Source of the DNA: Halarcobacter sp.
Lineage (GTDB): Bacteria > Campylobacterota > Campylobacteria > Campylobacterales > Arcobacteraceae
Direction of reading: 5' to 3'
Length of the DNA: 64,000 nt
Assembly: GCA_048571215.1 (NCBI GenBank)
Contig: CP182352.1
Coordinates: 480,001 to 544,000, forward strand
The translations under genes were made by a program, and so were the position numbers. A model generated the notes under the pieces. That model was given only the letters and a program-made list of their open reading frames with translations. It did not search any database and had not been told where the DNA came from. Of the stretch, positions 9,500-20,884 are shown in pieces. Numbering within the stretch: the stretch's first letter is position 1; every line of letters starts with the position of its first letter.

Positions 9500-11137
9500 A
9501 TGATTACAAAAGACTCGATAGAAAATCTTAAAAACCATCTTGATGTTGTTGATGTTGTTTCCCAATTTATTGAATTAAAAAAGAGTGGAGCAAACTTTAA
9601 AGCCTGCTGTCCTTTTCATGGAGAAAGTACACCTTCCTTTGTGGTAAGTCCAGCAAAACAGATATATCATTGTTTTGGCTGTGGAGTAGGGGGAGACTCT
9701 ATAAAATTTGTTATGGAATATGAAAAACTTTCATATCCTGAGGCTATAGAAAAACTAGCTTCAATGTATAGTGTATCTTTAGATTATGATAATAACAATA
9801 ATGAAAAAAAACAAAATTTAAAGATTTTAGAAGATGTAAATAAATTTTATCAAAAACTTTTTGTAAATAATGGCATAGCAAAAGAGTATATTCATAAAAG
9901 AGGTATTTCGGAGTTTTCTGTTGAAAAGTTTGAGATTGGTTATGCCCCAAGTTCTGCTGATACTTTAAATTTTTTAAAAAACAATTATTATAACTTAGCA
10001 GAAGCAAAAGAGTTGGGAATTATTGATACCGGAACAAATGGCTTATACTCAAGATTTATTGAAAGAATCACTTTCCCTATATATTCACTAAATGGAAAAA
10101 TTGTAGGTTTTGGTGGTAGAACAATAACAGGACACAATGCAAAATATGTAAACTCACCCCAAAGCAAAGTTTTCAATAAATCAAAGCTTTTATATGGTTA
10201 TAACATAGCTAAAGAGAATATATATAAAAAAAATAGAATAATTATAACCGAAGGGTATTTAGATGTAATAATGCTTCATCAAGCAGGTTTTAACACAGCT
10301 GTTGCAACCTTAGGAACAGCATTAACAAAAGAACATTTACCTTTAATTAGAAGAGGTGAACCTCAAGTTATTGTGGCATATGATGGTGATAATGCTGGAT
10401 TAAATGCTGCTTTTAAAGCTTCTGTTATGTTAAGTCAAGGTGAATTTGAGGGTGGTGTTATAATTTTTGGTGAAGGTAAAGACCCAGCTGATATGGTAAA
10501 AGATGGGAGAATTGAAGAGTTAAATACTATTTTTTCAAGTCCAAAACCCTTTATCCCCTTTGCAATAGATTATATAATTTCAAAATATGATATAAATAAT
10601 CCAAACCAAAAACAAAAAGCACTTTTAGAAACAAATGAATACTTAAAATCCTTAGGGATTATTTATCAAGATGAGTATAAAAGATATATTGCCCAAAAAC
10701 TTAATATAAGAGAAAACCTAGTAAAAGTAAGTACTGATGTGATTAGAAAAAAAGAGGTAAATCTTACAAAAATAGATATAGCAGAGCTTTGTATAATAAA
10801 ATCAATTTTAGAAAAACCACAAAGACTTGATAGTGTTTTAGATATAGTTGACTCTACAATGTTTGAACATCATAGAAACGAATTTGAATTACTTTTAGAA
10901 GATATCAATAACCAAAGTTTAAATGGGATAATTTTAAATGAAAAGTTAGAATCATATGATGATGAAAGATTAAATAATGAGTTGATTGTTCTTTTACATA
11001 AATTTTATAGTAAAAAATTAACTTCTATTAAATATGATAATAACTTGAATCTAAAAGAGAAAGGCTTGCTTTTAAGAAAGGTTCAAGATAGCCTTAGACA
11101 ATTAAAACTTGGTAAATTAGTAAGTTATAATCTATAA
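9500..11137 (+). CDS. dnaG: DNA primase
   Basis: CPFH...YHCFGC zinc ribbon, EGYLDV and YDGD TOPRIM motifs. Confidence 0.98.
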   Translation: MITKDSIENLKNHLDVVDVVSQFIELKKSGANFKACCPFHGESTPSFVVSPAKQIYHCFGCGVGGDSIKFVMEYEKLSYPEAIEKLASMYSVSLDYDNNNNEKKQNLKILEDVNKFYQKLFVNNGIAKEYIHKRGISEFSVEKFEIGYAPSSADTLNFLKNNYYNLAEAKELGIIDTGTNGLYSRFIERITFPIYSLNGKIVGFGGRTITGHNAKYVNSPQSKVFNKSKLLYGYNIAKENIYKKNRIIITEGYLDVIMLHQAGFNTAVATLGTALTKEHLPLIRRGEPQVIVAYDGDNAGLNAAFKASVMLSQGEFEGGVIIFGEGKDPADMVKDGRIEELNTIFSSPKPFIPFAIDYIISKYDINNPNQKQKALLETNEYLKSLGIIYQDEYKRYIAQKLNIRENLVKVSTDVIRKKEVNLTKIDIAELCIIKSILEKPQRLDSVLDIVDSTMFEHHRNEFELLLEDINNQSLNGIILNEKLESYDDERLNNELIVLLHKFYSKKLTSIKYDNNLNLKEKGLLLRKVQDSLRQLKLGKLVSYNL

Positions 11138-11198
11138 TTTATTGAAAATCTATATTATTTTTTGTAGAATTTGTAAAATTTAAAAATAGGAATTATTA

Positions 11199-11582
11199 AT
11201 GGAAATTATTGAATCAAGTAATGCACCAGCTGCAATCGGTCCATATTCACAAGCAATAAAAGTAAATGGACTTATATATACTTCTGGACAAATTCCCTTA
11301 ACTCCTGATGGAGAGTTAGTTGAAAGGGATATCAAAAAACAAACAAGACAAGTTTTAGAAAATTTAAGAAATATTTTAGAAGATGCCAAAAGTGGTTTAG
11401 ATAAAGTTGTAAAAGTTACAATTTTTTTAGATAATATGGATGATTTTGCTATTGTAAATGTACTTTATGCAGAAGCTTTTGGAGATCATAAACCCGTTAG
11501 AAGTACTGTTGCTGTTAAAACTTTGCCAAAAAATGTTTTGGTTGAAATGGATGCAATTGCATTACCATACGATTATTGCTAA
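11199..11582 (+). CDS. ridA: RidA/YjgF family enamine/imine deaminase
   Basis: APAAIGPYSQA, SGQIP, PVRS, LPKNVLVEMDA. Confidence 0.93.
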   Translation: MEIIESSNAPAAIGPYSQAIKVNGLIYTSGQIPLTPDGELVERDIKKQTRQVLENLRNILEDAKSGLDKVVKVTIFLDNMDDFAIVNVLYAEAFGDHKPVRSTVAVKTLPKNVLVEMDAIALPYDYC

Positions 11583-11683
11583 AATATATTCGCTTAAAGA
11601 AAGTTTAAACTAAAATTAGCTAGTATTTCGTCCCGTTAAATAGATAAGTTAATAAAAGATTGATAAAAACAGAGGATAGAAGT

Positions 11684-12001
11684 ATGTACGCAATTATTAA
11701 GTGTGGTGGTAAACAGTATAAAGTAACTGAGGGTGATATCTTAGATATTGATTATACTGGTCAAGCTGCTAAAGAAACTCTTGAAATCACAGATGTTTTA
11801 GCTGTAAATGATGGTGAGTTAAAAACTGGTGATGCTGTTTCTGCTGCTAAAGTAGAAGCTGAGGTTGTATTAGATGGAACTGGTGTAAATAGAGGAAGAA
11901 AAGTAATCATTTACAAAAAAAGAAGAAGAAAAGATTCTAAGTTAAAAAGAGGTTTTAGAAAAAGCTTCACTAAAATTAGAATTACTAAAATTGCAGCATA
12001 G
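11684..12001 (+). CDS. rplU: 50S ribosomal protein L21
   Basis: [14 protein letters not shown]...KKRRRK. Start at ATG 11684 after GAGGA. Confidence 0.98.
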   Translation: MYAIIKCGGKQYKVTEGDILDIDYTGQAAKETLEITDVLAVNDGELKTGDAVSAAKVEAEVVLDGTGVNRGRKVIIYKKRRRKDSKLKRGFRKSFTKIRITKIAA

Positions 12002-12011
12002 GAGATAGGTT

Positions 12012-12269
12012 ATGGCTCACAAGAAAGGTCAGGGAAGTACACAGAATAATAGAGATTCAGCTGGTAGAAGACTTGGTGTTAAAAAGTTTGGTGGTGAAGC
12101 AGTTAGAGCTGGAAATATCATCATTAGACAAAGAGGAACTAAAGTTCATGTTGGCGAAAATGTAGGTATTGGTAAAGACCATACTATTTATGCACTTATT
12201 GATGGTGTTGTAAAATTTGAAGTAAAAGACAAAGACAGAAAAAAAGTTTCAGTTTACGCTGCTTCATAG
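12012..12269 (+). CDS. rpmA: 50S ribosomal protein L27
   Basis: [24 protein letters not shown]. Confidence 0.99.
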   Translation: MAHKKGQGSTQNNRDSAGRRLGVKKFGGEAVRAGNIIIRQRGTKVHVGENVGIGKDHTIYALIDGVVKFEVKDKDRKKVSVYAAS

Positions 12270-12291
12270 TATTTATTGGTTTTAATTCATT

Positions 12292-12326
12292 AAAGGGTGT
12301 AGGGTATTTGCCTGCACCCTTTTTTT
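12292..12326 (+). terminator. Rho-independent terminator between rpmA and obgE
   Basis: AAAGGGTGTAGG-GTATTTG-CCTGCACCCTTT followed by a T tract. Confidence 0.8.
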
Positions 12327-12342
12327 ATTTAAGGAGTTTGTT

Positions 12343-13437
12343 GTGTTTATTGATAGTGTAAAATTCACTTTATCATCAGGTAAAGGTGGTCAAGGTTGTT
12401 CATCTTTTAGAAGAGAAAAGTTTGTAATAAAGGGTGGACCTGATGGAGGAGATGGTGGTAAAGGTGGAGATGTAGTATTTGTAGTTGATAATAATACAGA
12501 TACACTATCATGGTATAAAGGTCGTAATATTTTAAAAGCCGATAATGGAAAACCAGGTGAGGGTAGAAGAAAAAGTGGAAAATCTGCTCAAGCCTTGATT
12601 CTTTCTGTTCCTCCTGGAACTCAAGTTATTGATAATGAAACAGATGAGGTTTTATTAGATTTACTTGAAGAGGGAGAAAAGGTACTATTCTTAGAAGGTG
12701 GAAAAGGTGGTTTAGGTAATACTCACTTTAAAAATTCACGTAATCAAAGACCAACATACTTTCAACCAGGACTTCCAGGAGTTACTAAAGAGATAAGATT
12801 AGAGTTAAAACTTATTGCAGATGTGGGATTAGTGGGATATCCAAATGTTGGAAAATCAACACTAATCTCAACTTTATCAAATGCCAGTCCTGAAATAGCA
12901 AACTATGAGTTTACAACCCTAACTCCAAAACTTGGAGTTGTTGAAGTGGGTGAGTATAACTCATTTGTGATGGCTGATATCCCAGGTATTATAGATGGTG
13001 CCAGTGATGGAAAAGGTTTAGGACTAGAGTTTTTAAGACATATTGAAAGAACTAAAACTTTATTATTTATGATAGATGTTTCTAATTTTAGAACGATAAA
13101 AGATCAATTTGATGTTTTAAAAGAGGAAGTTAAAAAGTTCTCAGAAGAGCTTTCAACAAGAAACTTTGCAATTGCATTAACTAAAATTGATGCTTATTAT
13201 GGGGAAGATTTAAATAATGATATTATAAAATTCATAGAAGATTTAGGTTTAGAAGCCACTTCTGTCAATGAATATGGTTTTGATACTACTTTACCATATT
13301 ATGTACAAGATTTAACCCATTCGAAATTTGATGAGAGTAAACCATTTTTTGTATTGCCATTATCATCGGTGACGCATTTAAATACAAAATCTATTGTATT
13401 CTCATTATATGAATTAATAGGACAAAACAAAAAATGA
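12343..13437 (+). CDS. obgE: GTPase ObgE/CgtA
   Basis: Gly-rich Obg fold (GGPDGGDGG), [16 protein letters not shown]. Confidence 0.98.
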   Translation: MFIDSVKFTLSSGKGGQGCSSFRREKFVIKGGPDGGDGGKGGDVVFVVDNNTDTLSWYKGRNILKADNGKPGEGRRKSGKSAQALILSVPPGTQVIDNETDEVLLDLLEEGEKVLFLEGGKGGLGNTHFKNSRNQRPTYFQPGLPGVTKEIRLELKLIADVGLVGYPNVGKSTLISTLSNASPEIANYEFTTLTPKLGVVEVGEYNSFVMADIPGIIDGASDGKGLGLEFLRHIERTKTLLFMIDVSNFRTIKDQFDVLKEEVKKFSEELSTRNFAIALTKIDAYYGEDLNNDIIKFIEDLGLEATSVNEYGFDTTLPYYVQDLTHSKFDESKPFFVLPLSSVTHLNTKSIVFSLYELIGQNKK

Positions 13438-14228
13438 TGGAAAAAAGTGAAATTTCCCTTGCAAACAAAAGAATAGTTATTAAGGTTGGAAGTGCAGTAT
13501 TAAGAGAGCATGATATCTTAGCAGTGGAAAGACTTAATAACTTAGTAGATTTAATCTCAAAATTAAAAAATGAAAAAAAATCAGAAGTTATCCTAGTCTC
13601 ATCAGGTGCAGTTGCAGCTGGAAACACTGTACTTAACTTAGATAGAAAAAAAGTTTTAAATAGACAAGCCTTAGCAGCTATTGGTCAACCTTTATTAATG
13701 AAACATTATAAAAAAAGATTTGCAGAACATGAATTGAAATGTGCTCAAATGCTTTTAGTTGCAGAAGATTTTGATTCAAGAAAAAGATCAAAAAATGCAA
13801 AAGGGGTGATGGAAATTTTACTTGCTAATAATATAATTCCAATTTTAAATGAAAATGATGTTATTGCAAACCAAGAACTTTTAATTGGGGATAATGACCA
13901 ATTAGGTGCCCATGCTACCCATTTTTTTGATGCAGATTTATTAGCAATCTTATCTGATGTTGATGGTTTATACGATTCAAATCCACATGAAAATCCACAT
14001 GCAAAAATGAGACATATTGTTAATAGTATAGAAGAAGAAGATTTAAAGATGAAACATACACCAAATTCTGAATTTGCAACAGGTGGAATTGTAACAAAAT
14101 TAAAAGCGGCAGATTTTTTATTAAAAAGAGATAGAATGATGTATCTAAGTTCTGGATTTGATTTGAAAAATGCATATGATTTCTTGGTTGAAAATAAACA
14201 TACAAGTGGAACATTATTTAAAAAATAA
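13434..14228 (+). CDS. proB: Glutamate 5-kinase (short form without PUA domain)
   Basis: [20 protein letters not shown]-like LNENDV, GDND, TGGIVTK. Confidence 0.95.
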   Translation: MMEKSEISLANKRIVIKVGSAVLREHDILAVERLNNLVDLISKLKNEKKSEVILVSSGAVAAGNTVLNLDRKKVLNRQALAAIGQPLLMKHYKKRFAEHELKCAQMLLVAEDFDSRKRSKNAKGVMEILLANNIIPILNENDVIANQELLIGDNDQLGAHATHFFDADLLAILSDVDGLYDSNPHENPHAKMRHIVNSIEEEDLKMKHTPNSEFATGGIVTKLKAADFLLKRDRMMYLSSGFDLKNAYDFLVENKHTSGTLFKK

Positions 14229-14237
14229 GGGTTGATG

Positions 14238-15158
14238 ATGGCTAAAAGAGTTATATTTATGGGAACACCAGACTATGCAACAAGGATTTTTGATGAACTT
14301 ATAAAAAGTTCATATGAGATTGTTGCTTTGTTTACCCAGCCAGATAAACCTGTTGGAAGAAAACAGCTTATAACCCCTCCTCATATCAAACAATATTGTA
14401 TTGACAATGATTTGTCTCTAGCAATTTATCAACCTGAAAAACTTAGAAACAATAAAGATGTTGAAGAGATAATAAAAAATTTAAAACCAGACTTTATAAT
14501 TGTTGCTGCCTATGGACAAATACTTCCTAAAGAGATTTTAGATATAGCCCCTTGTATAAACTTACATGCTTCACTTCTACCAAAATATAGAGGAGCAAGT
14601 CCTATTCAAGAGGCATTACTAAAAGATGATAAATATACAGGTGTTACTTCAATGCTTATGGAAGAGGGTCTTGATAGTGGAGATATTTTAGCTTTACAGT
14701 ATCTAAAAATAACTACAACAATGGAAGTGGCTCAAGCTTTTGATAAATTATCAGATATTGCAGCTAAACTTACAATTACAACTTTAGATAATTTTGAGAA
14801 GATCAAGCCTAAAAAACAAAATGAAGCAGAAGTAAGTTTTTGTAAAAAGATAAAAAAAGAGCATGGGAAAGTTGATTTTTTAGATGCAAAAAAACTTTAT
14901 TTAAAATATAAGGCTTATTCATATTGGCCAGGGATATTTTTAGATTCAGGATTAAAATTAAAAGATATAGAACTTATAGAAACTGATTCTAAAAACAATC
15001 CAGGGGAAATATTAAATATAGATAAGCACTCTATAACAATAGCTTGTGAACATGGGAGTTTAAAAATCTCAACAATTCAAGCACCTTCAAAAAAAGCAGT
15101 AAAAGCTACAGATTATATTAGAGGTCAAAGATTAAATCTTGGAGATATTTTAAGTTAA
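14238..15158 (+). CDS. fmt: Methionyl-tRNA formyltransferase
   Basis: FMGTPDYA, TQPDKPVGR, INLHASLLPKYRGASPI. Confidence 0.97.
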   Translation: MAKRVIFMGTPDYATRIFDELIKSSYEIVALFTQPDKPVGRKQLITPPHIKQYCIDNDLSLAIYQPEKLRNNKDVEEIIKNLKPDFIIVAAYGQILPKEILDIAPCINLHASLLPKYRGASPIQEALLKDDKYTGVTSMLMEEGLDSGDILALQYLKITTTMEVAQAFDKLSDIAAKLTITTLDNFEKIKPKKQNEAEVSFCKKIKKEHGKVDFLDAKKLYLKYKAYSYWPGIFLDSGLKLKDIELIETDSKNNPGEILNIDKHSITIACEHGSLKISTIQAPSKKAVKATDYIRGQRLNLGDILS

Positions 15159-15201
15159 TATTCGTATAATGATATAAGAAATTATCATTAAGTAGATTAT
15201 T

Positions 15202-16596
15202 ATGAAAACAGAAGATGACTCATCTAGCCTTTGTGATATAGGCTTATTTAATATAAATGATTTTGATGTTTTACTTCATGAAATATTAAAACAAACTAGA
15301 GATATACTTCATTCTGAGGCTGGAAGCATTTATATATGCGAAAAAGAAGCTTTATGTTTTAATGTTTTCCAAAATGATTTAATGTCCTATGAAAATATTT
15401 ACAAACATTTTTATTCCCTCAAAGATTTAAAATTACCACTTAGTGAAGGTGAAAAATATCTAGCAGTAGAATCTTTTTTATCCAATAAAATAATTGCAAT
15501 AGATGATGTTTATAAAGCAGATAGCTATGACTTTTTAGGTGTTAAAGAGTTTGATAAGAAGTTTGCTTATAAAACACACTCTATTATAACTATCCCTATT
15601 GTATATCCTTTAGAAAATAAAAAACTTGGTGTTTTACAGTTATTAAATAAAAAAGTTGACGGGGAGTTAGTATCTTATGATGATAAAGATAAAAAGATGC
15701 TAAGTATGATAAGTTCATTTATTGCACTATCTATATATAAAGCTCAAAGTGATATAGAAAAGTTAAAAAAATTAAATGCACAGCTAGAAATAGCAAATGA
15801 AAAATTACAAAAAAGGGTTGATAAAGAAGTAAGAGAGAGTGAAAAAAAATCTGCAATAATTTTTCATCAATCAAAGCTTGCATCTTTAGGTGAAATGATT
15901 AGAAATATTGCCCATCAGTGGAGACAACCACTAAATTCTATAAGTGCAGCTGCAAGTGGACTTAGTATTAATATTGAGTTGGGCAATTGTAATAATGAAG
16001 ATATTAAAAAAGGTTTAAGAAATATTGTGACTACAACTCAACACTTATCTCAAACAATTGATGACTTTAGAAACTTTTATAAACTTGATAAAATCCAAAG
16101 TGATTTTAACTTAGCAAAAAATATCTTATCAAGTATATCTATAATACAAGCAGCTTTATTGGAAAATCAGATTGTTGTTCATACAAATTTAGATAAAGAT
16201 ATAAATTTATATGGATATGAAAATGAATTAAAACAAGCAATATTAAATATCATTCAAAACTCAAAAGATGCTATTTTGGAAAAAATACCACTTAATAAGC
16301 CAAGATTGATTTTTATCAATTTAAAAAAAACAGTTAATTCTATTTTAATTGAAATAAAAGATAATGGGAATGGAATTTCAGAAAATATAATAAAAAAAGT
16401 ATTTAATCAAAACTTTACAACTAAAAATAGAACAGGTGGTTCAGGAATAGGTCTTTATATGACAAAAGAGATTATTGAAAAACATATGAAAGGAGATATT
16501 TCTATAAAAAATGAAAAGTATGTATTCAATAATCAAAAATATAAAGGGGCAGTAATTACAATAAAATTTAATTTAGAAAATAGTAAAACCCAGTAA
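15202..16596 (+). CDS. Cytoplasmic GAF-domain sensor histidine kinase
   Basis: GAF (EAGSIY...FDKKFAYKTHSII...GVLQLLNK), H-box NIAHQWRQPL, DNGNG, GSGIGL; no TM segment. Confidence 0.9.
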   Translation: MKTEDDSSSLCDIGLFNINDFDVLLHEILKQTRDILHSEAGSIYICEKEALCFNVFQNDLMSYENIYKHFYSLKDLKLPLSEGEKYLAVESFLSNKIIAIDDVYKADSYDFLGVKEFDKKFAYKTHSIITIPIVYPLENKKLGVLQLLNKKVDGELVSYDDKDKKMLSMISSFIALSIYKAQSDIEKLKKLNAQLEIANEKLQKRVDKEVRESEKKSAIIFHQSKLASLGEMIRNIAHQWRQPLNSISAAASGLSINIELGNCNNEDIKKGLRNIVTTTQHLSQTIDDFRNFYKLDKIQSDFNLAKNILSSISIIQAALLENQIVVHTNLDKDINLYGYENELKQAILNIIQNSKDAILEKIPLNKPRLIFINLKKTVNSILIEIKDNGNGISENIIKKVFNQNFTTKNRTGGSGIGLYMTKEIIEKHMKGDISIKNEKYVFNNQKYKGAVITIKFNLENSKTQ

Positions 16597-17461
16597 CACT
16601 AAGTAAAGATATTAATACTCCAAATACTAAAGCATTTATTGCCAACCTTTCATCTAATCCACCTTTTATAGCTAAGACAACTGCCATAGTCATAGGTGGC
16701 ATTGCAACTTCAAGGATGGTTGTTTTACTCCAAGTATCATCAAGATTATAAAAAATAGAAAATAATACTAATACAATCACCGGAACAATCAACATTTTTA
16801 CAAGTATTGCAAAACTAACAACTTTTACTTTATAAAAGATATTTTTTACTTCAAGTTTCATACCAATTGCTATCATTGCTATTGGAACCAAGGTTGAACC
16901 TATAGTTCCCATAGTATTCATTATAAACTCTGGTACAATAAAAAGTTTAGAAATTATAGTTATAAAGAACATAATTATAGGTGGAAAAAATAATACACTT
17001 TTTACAATACCTTTTATATTTACATGTTGACCACTTCCCCAATTTATTATAATCATCCCTAAACTCACTAATAGCAAGAATGAACCAAATAGGTCATAAA
17101 TAAGAGCATATACAACATAATCTTGTCCATAAAAAGAATCAATATATGAAAAACCAATAAAAGAAGTATTTCCAAAAGTTGCAACTATCATAAAAGTAGC
17201 TAAGGTTTTTTTATCAAGTTTTAAAAATTTTCCAACATAGTATGAGATTAGAAGATTAACTAGAATAATACAATTGAACATAAATATAAGTCCTAGAGTT
17301 GTTTCATTTAACTCAAGTGGATATATTTTATAAAATACAATTGCTGGAAGTGAAAAATATATTACAAATTCTACTAACTCTTTTGAATTATCTTTAAAAA
17401 ATATTTTAAAAAGATATCCAAAAAGTAAATAAAGTGCTATAGGAAGAACTGGGTCAAGCAT
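16568..17461 (-). CDS. AEC (auxin efflux carrier)-family membrane transporter
   Basis: Multi-TM protein with SLPA, FGNTSFIG, AMPP motifs. Confidence 0.88.
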   Translation of the reverse strand: MLDPVLPIALYLLFGYLFKIFFKDNSKELVEFVIYFSLPAIVFYKIYPLELNETTLGLIFMFNCIILVNLLISYYVGKFLKLDKKTLATFMIVATFGNTSFIGFSYIDSFYGQDYVVYALIYDLFGSFLLLVSLGMIIINWGSGQHVNIKGIVKSVLFFPPIIMFFITIISKLFIVPEFIMNTMGTIGSTLVPIAMIAIGMKLEVKNIFYKVKVVSFAILVKMLIVPVIVLVLFSIFYNLDDTWSKTTILEVAMPPMTMAVVLAIKGGLDERLAINALVFGVLISLLSVTGFYYFLN

Positions 17462-17532
17462 AAACTCTCTTTTTTATAAGATTGTAATTAATTATTTCTT
17501 GAAAAGATATTAGATATTATGTATAATCTCAC

Positions 17533-18168
17533 ATGCAAATAATATTTTTAGAAAAAGTCGACTCAACACACACATATTTAAAAGAGCTAATAAAAAGTGA
17601 AGCATATACAAAACCTTTATGTATTGCTACAGATCTTCAAACCCAAGGAATAGGAAGTAGAGGAAATACATGGCAAGGGAAAAAAGGAAATCTATTTTTT
17701 TCATTTGTTCTTGAAAAAGCACTTTTGCCTATAGATTTACAATTACAAAGTGCTTCAATATATTTTTCTTTTATATTAAAGGAGTTTTTGTCTTCTTTAG
17801 GTTCGAAAATTTGGCTTAAGTGGCCCAATGATTTTTATATAGAAGATAAAAAAATTGGAGGAACTATAACCACAGCAACTAAAGATTTGATATATTGTGG
17901 GATTGGGCTAAATTTGGTAAATGTAGATAAGTCTTATGGAAAACTAGATATAAAAATAGAAATAAAAAACTTATTAAAAAATTATTTTGAAACTTTAGAA
18001 AAATATCCAACTTGGAAGGATATTTTTAGTGAGTTTAAGATAGAATTTCATAGAAGCAAAAATTTCCAAGCAACATTAGAAAATAAAAAAGTTTCATTAG
18101 AAAAAGCCACTTTGAATGAAGATGGTTCTATACAAATTGATAATACAAAGGTATTTAGTTTAAGATGA
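17533..18168 (+). CDS. birA: Biotin-protein ligase (no HTH domain)
   Basis: VDSTH, QTQGIGSRGNTW, KWPND, KKIGG, GIGLN. Confidence 0.95.
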   Translation: MQIIFLEKVDSTHTYLKELIKSEAYTKPLCIATDLQTQGIGSRGNTWQGKKGNLFFSFVLEKALLPIDLQLQSASIYFSFILKEFLSSLGSKIWLKWPNDFYIEDKKIGGTITTATKDLIYCGIGLNLVNVDKSYGKLDIKIEIKNLLKNYFETLEKYPTWKDIFSEFKIEFHRSKNFQATLENKKVSLEKATLNEDGSIQIDNTKVFSLR

Positions 18169-18941
18169 CAGAGGTAATTGCAATAGCAAATCAAAAAGGT
18201 GGTGTTGGTAAAACAACAACTGCCGTTAATTTAAGTGCAGCACTAGCACTTGAGGGTAAAAAAGTTTTATTGATTGATGCAGATCCCCAAGCAAATGCTA
18301 CAACTTCTTTAGGTTTCCATAGGGATACATATGAGTATAATATATACCACGTTATGTTAGGAACAAAAGAGTTAAATGAGATAATTTTAGATAGTGAAAT
18401 TGAAAATTTAAAAGTTGCACCATCTAATATTGGACTTGTAGGGATTGAAAAAGAGTTCTATAAAAATATAAAAGATAGAGAGTTAGTTTTAAAAAGAAAA
18501 ATTGACCCAATTAAAAAAGATTTTGATTATATAATTATAGATTCACCTCCTGCTTTAGGACCTATTACAATTAATACACTTAGTGCATCAACTTCTGTAT
18601 TAATTCCTATACAATGTGAATTCTTTGCATTAGAAGGTCTTGCACAATTATTAAACACAATTAAACTAGTAAAACAAACAATAAATAGACAATTACAAAT
18701 TAGAGGTTTTTTACCAACTATGTATAGTTCACAAAATAATCTATCTAAACAAGTATTTGCAGACTTAGCTCAACATTTTGAAAACAAACTATTTAAAGTT
18801 GATGAGAGTTCTTATGTAGTTATACCAAGAAATATTAAACTTGCAGAGTCTCCAAGTTTTGGAAAACCTATTATGCTATATGATTCAGCAGCAGTTGGTA
18901 CAAAAGCTTATACTAACTTAGCTCGTGCAATAGCAGGTTAA
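18165..18941 (+). CDS. parA: Chromosome partitioning ATPase ParA/Soj
   Basis: NQKGGVGKTTT deviant Walker A, DADPQANAT, QCEFFALEG. Confidence 0.97.
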   Translation: MTEVIAIANQKGGVGKTTTAVNLSAALALEGKKVLLIDADPQANATTSLGFHRDTYEYNIYHVMLGTKELNEIILDSEIENLKVAPSNIGLVGIEKEFYKNIKDRELVLKRKIDPIKKDFDYIIIDSPPALGPITINTLSASTSVLIPIQCEFFALEGLAQLLNTIKLVKQTINRQLQIRGFLPTMYSSQNNLSKQVFADLAQHFENKLFKVDESSYVVIPRNIKLAESPSFGKPIMLYDSAAVGTKAYTNLARAIAG

Positions 18942-18963
18942 TTTTAAATTTAGGATTATTCAA

Positions 18964-19827
18964 ATGGCATTAGGAAGAGGATTAGGCGAATTATTAGGAG
19001 AGGTTGAAACAGCATATGGGAACTCAAATAAGAGTTCTAAAAGTGGTGTAATTGAACTAGATGTTAATAAGATTAAACCAAATCCCAGTCAACCTAGAAG
19101 AATTTTTGATGAAGATAAATTAAAAGAGTTATCTGAATCTATCCTTGCCCATGGACTTATCCAACCAATCTCTGTATTTGAATCTGATGATGATACATAT
19201 ACTTTAATTGCAGGGGAGAGAAGACTTAGAGCTCACAAGTTAGCTAACTTAGAAGTTATTAAAGCCATTATTGTTGATATTGAAGAGTTTAGGCTAAGAG
19301 AGTTAGCATTAATTGAAAATATCCAAAGAGATGATTTAAATGTTATTGAGTTAGCTTATTCTTACGCTCAATTAATTAATGAACATAATATTACCCATGA
19401 AGAGTTATCAAAAAGAGTATTTAAAAGTAGGACATCTATTACAAATACATTAAGACTTTTACAACTATCTTCATATGTACAACAAATGCTTGCAAATGAT
19501 AAAATCAGTGCAGGACATGCAAAAGTGTTATTAGGTCTGGATGAAGATACACAAAAGAAAGTTGCAGATTCTATATCTGGGCAAAAGCTTTCAGTAAGAG
19601 AAACAGAAGTTCTAGTTAGAGACCTAAAAGCAAGTGAAAAAAAAGGTGAGAAGAAAAGTAACAAAACAAAAAAACAAAATTTCGATTTTTCTCCACTTAA
19701 GAATACCCTTGAAACCCTACAAAAATCTAAATTGAAAGTAAAAGCCGAAAAGAACTATTTTAAGATAGAAATACGCTCACAAGAAGACATTGAGAAGATT
19801 TCTAATTACTTTGGTAACACTTTGTAA
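18964..19827 (+). CDS. parB: Chromosome partitioning protein ParB/Spo0J
   Basis: LGRGL, NPSQPR, AGERRLRA, ENIQRDDL. Confidence 0.97.
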   Translation: MALGRGLGELLGEVETAYGNSNKSSKSGVIELDVNKIKPNPSQPRRIFDEDKLKELSESILAHGLIQPISVFESDDDTYTLIAGERRLRAHKLANLEVIKAIIVDIEEFRLRELALIENIQRDDLNVIELAYSYAQLINEHNITHEELSKRVFKSRTSITNTLRLLQLSSYVQQMLANDKISAGHAKVLLGLDEDTQKKVADSISGQKLSVRETEVLVRDLKASEKKGEKKSNKTKKQNFDFSPLKNTLETLQKSKLKVKAEKNYFKIEIRSQEDIEKISNYFGNTL

Positions 19828-19931
19828 TTTTCTTTTGCTAAATTACCCATTTTAATAAAATTTTATAAATTCTTTCGATAAAATATAAGCAGTTTTAGTC
19901 AAACTAAACTGTAAAAAATATGGAGGAATGA

Positions 19932-20354
19932 ATGTTAGACATAAGTCCTGTATTACTGCTTAGCTCAGGAATCATTTTTCTTTTAGTTGTAGCAAGACTT
20001 AACAGTTGTTTATTCGTGCCACTATTAAAGCATATGGATGATAGAGATGAATCTATTAAAAAAGATTTAGAAAATGCTCAATCAAACTCTGCTGATGTGG
20101 ACGGTATGTTAGAGGAAGCAAGTCATATTATTGCTGAAGCTAAAAAAGAAGCAGCTGCTATAAGGGAAAAAGCTTATACTGAAGCAAAAGAAGTTGCTGA
20201 TGCTAAACTTGCAAGTGCTAAAGAGGAACTAGAAGCTAAATCTGTGAAATTCTTTGAAGAGTTAGAAGCAGAAAAAGTAGCTTTAAAAGAATCATTAGTA
20301 GCTGCAATGCCTCAATTTAATGAGAGCTTAAAAGCTAAAATTAGCTCAATTTAA
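19932..20354 (+). CDS. ATP synthase F0 subunit b'
   Basis: N-terminal TM plus coiled coil; first gene of the Campylobacterota-type atp operon. Confidence 0.9.
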   Translation: MLDISPVLLLSSGIIFLLVVARLNSCLFVPLLKHMDDRDESIKKDLENAQSNSADVDGMLEEASHIIAEAKKEAAAIREKAYTEAKEVADAKLASAKEELEAKSVKFFEELEAEKVALKESLVAAMPQFNESLKAKISSI

Positions 20355-20368
20355 CTAGGAGGTTAGGG

Positions 20369-20884
20369 TTGAATAAAAGATTACTATTACTTGGATTAGC
20401 TTTAGCTCCTATGGTGTTATTTGCTAATAGTGAAGGTGCGGAAACTGATATTGTTCAAAGAACCGTTAACTTTGTTATATTTGCTGGAATTTTATGGTAT
20501 TTACTTGCTGATAAAATTAAAGCATTTTTTGCAGACAGAACTGCTTCTATTCAAGGTGAGCTTGATAAGGTACAAGATACTTTAAAAGCTTCTCAAGATA
20601 AAGTTGATGAAGCTGCTAAAAAATTAGAAGAAGCGAAAGTTCTTGCAGCTGAAATTGTAGAAGGTGCTAAATCTGATATCGATTCAGTTAAAGCAAAAGT
20701 TACAGAAGCTGTTGAAAATGAAATCGCTAATTTAAATAAAGGCTTTGATGATAGAATCAAGGTTGATACATCAAAAGCTAAGAAACAAATTGTTTCTGAA
20801 ATTCTTGATGAGCTATTAAGTTCTGATAATGTTACTTTAACTCAAGATGAGTTAGCAAATATTGTTCTTAAGAAGGTTGCATAA
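20369..20884 (+). CDS. atpF: ATP synthase F0 subunit b
   Basis: TDIVQRTVNFVIFAGILWY plus coiled coil; TTG start after AGGAGG. Confidence 0.93.
   Translation: MNKRLLLLGLALAPMVLFANSEGAETDIVQRTVNFVIFAGILWYLLADKIKAFFADRTASIQGELDKVQDTLKASQDKVDEAAKKLEEAKVLAAEIVEGAKSDIDSVKAKVTEAVENEIANLNKGFDDRIKVDTSKAKKQIVSEILDELLSSDNVTLTQDELANIVLKKVA

Noticed and set aside
13434..14228. ProB lacking a PUA domain, and BirA (17533-18168) lacking an HTH domain
   Set aside because: Short forms are known in Campylobacterota; neither is a pseudogene.
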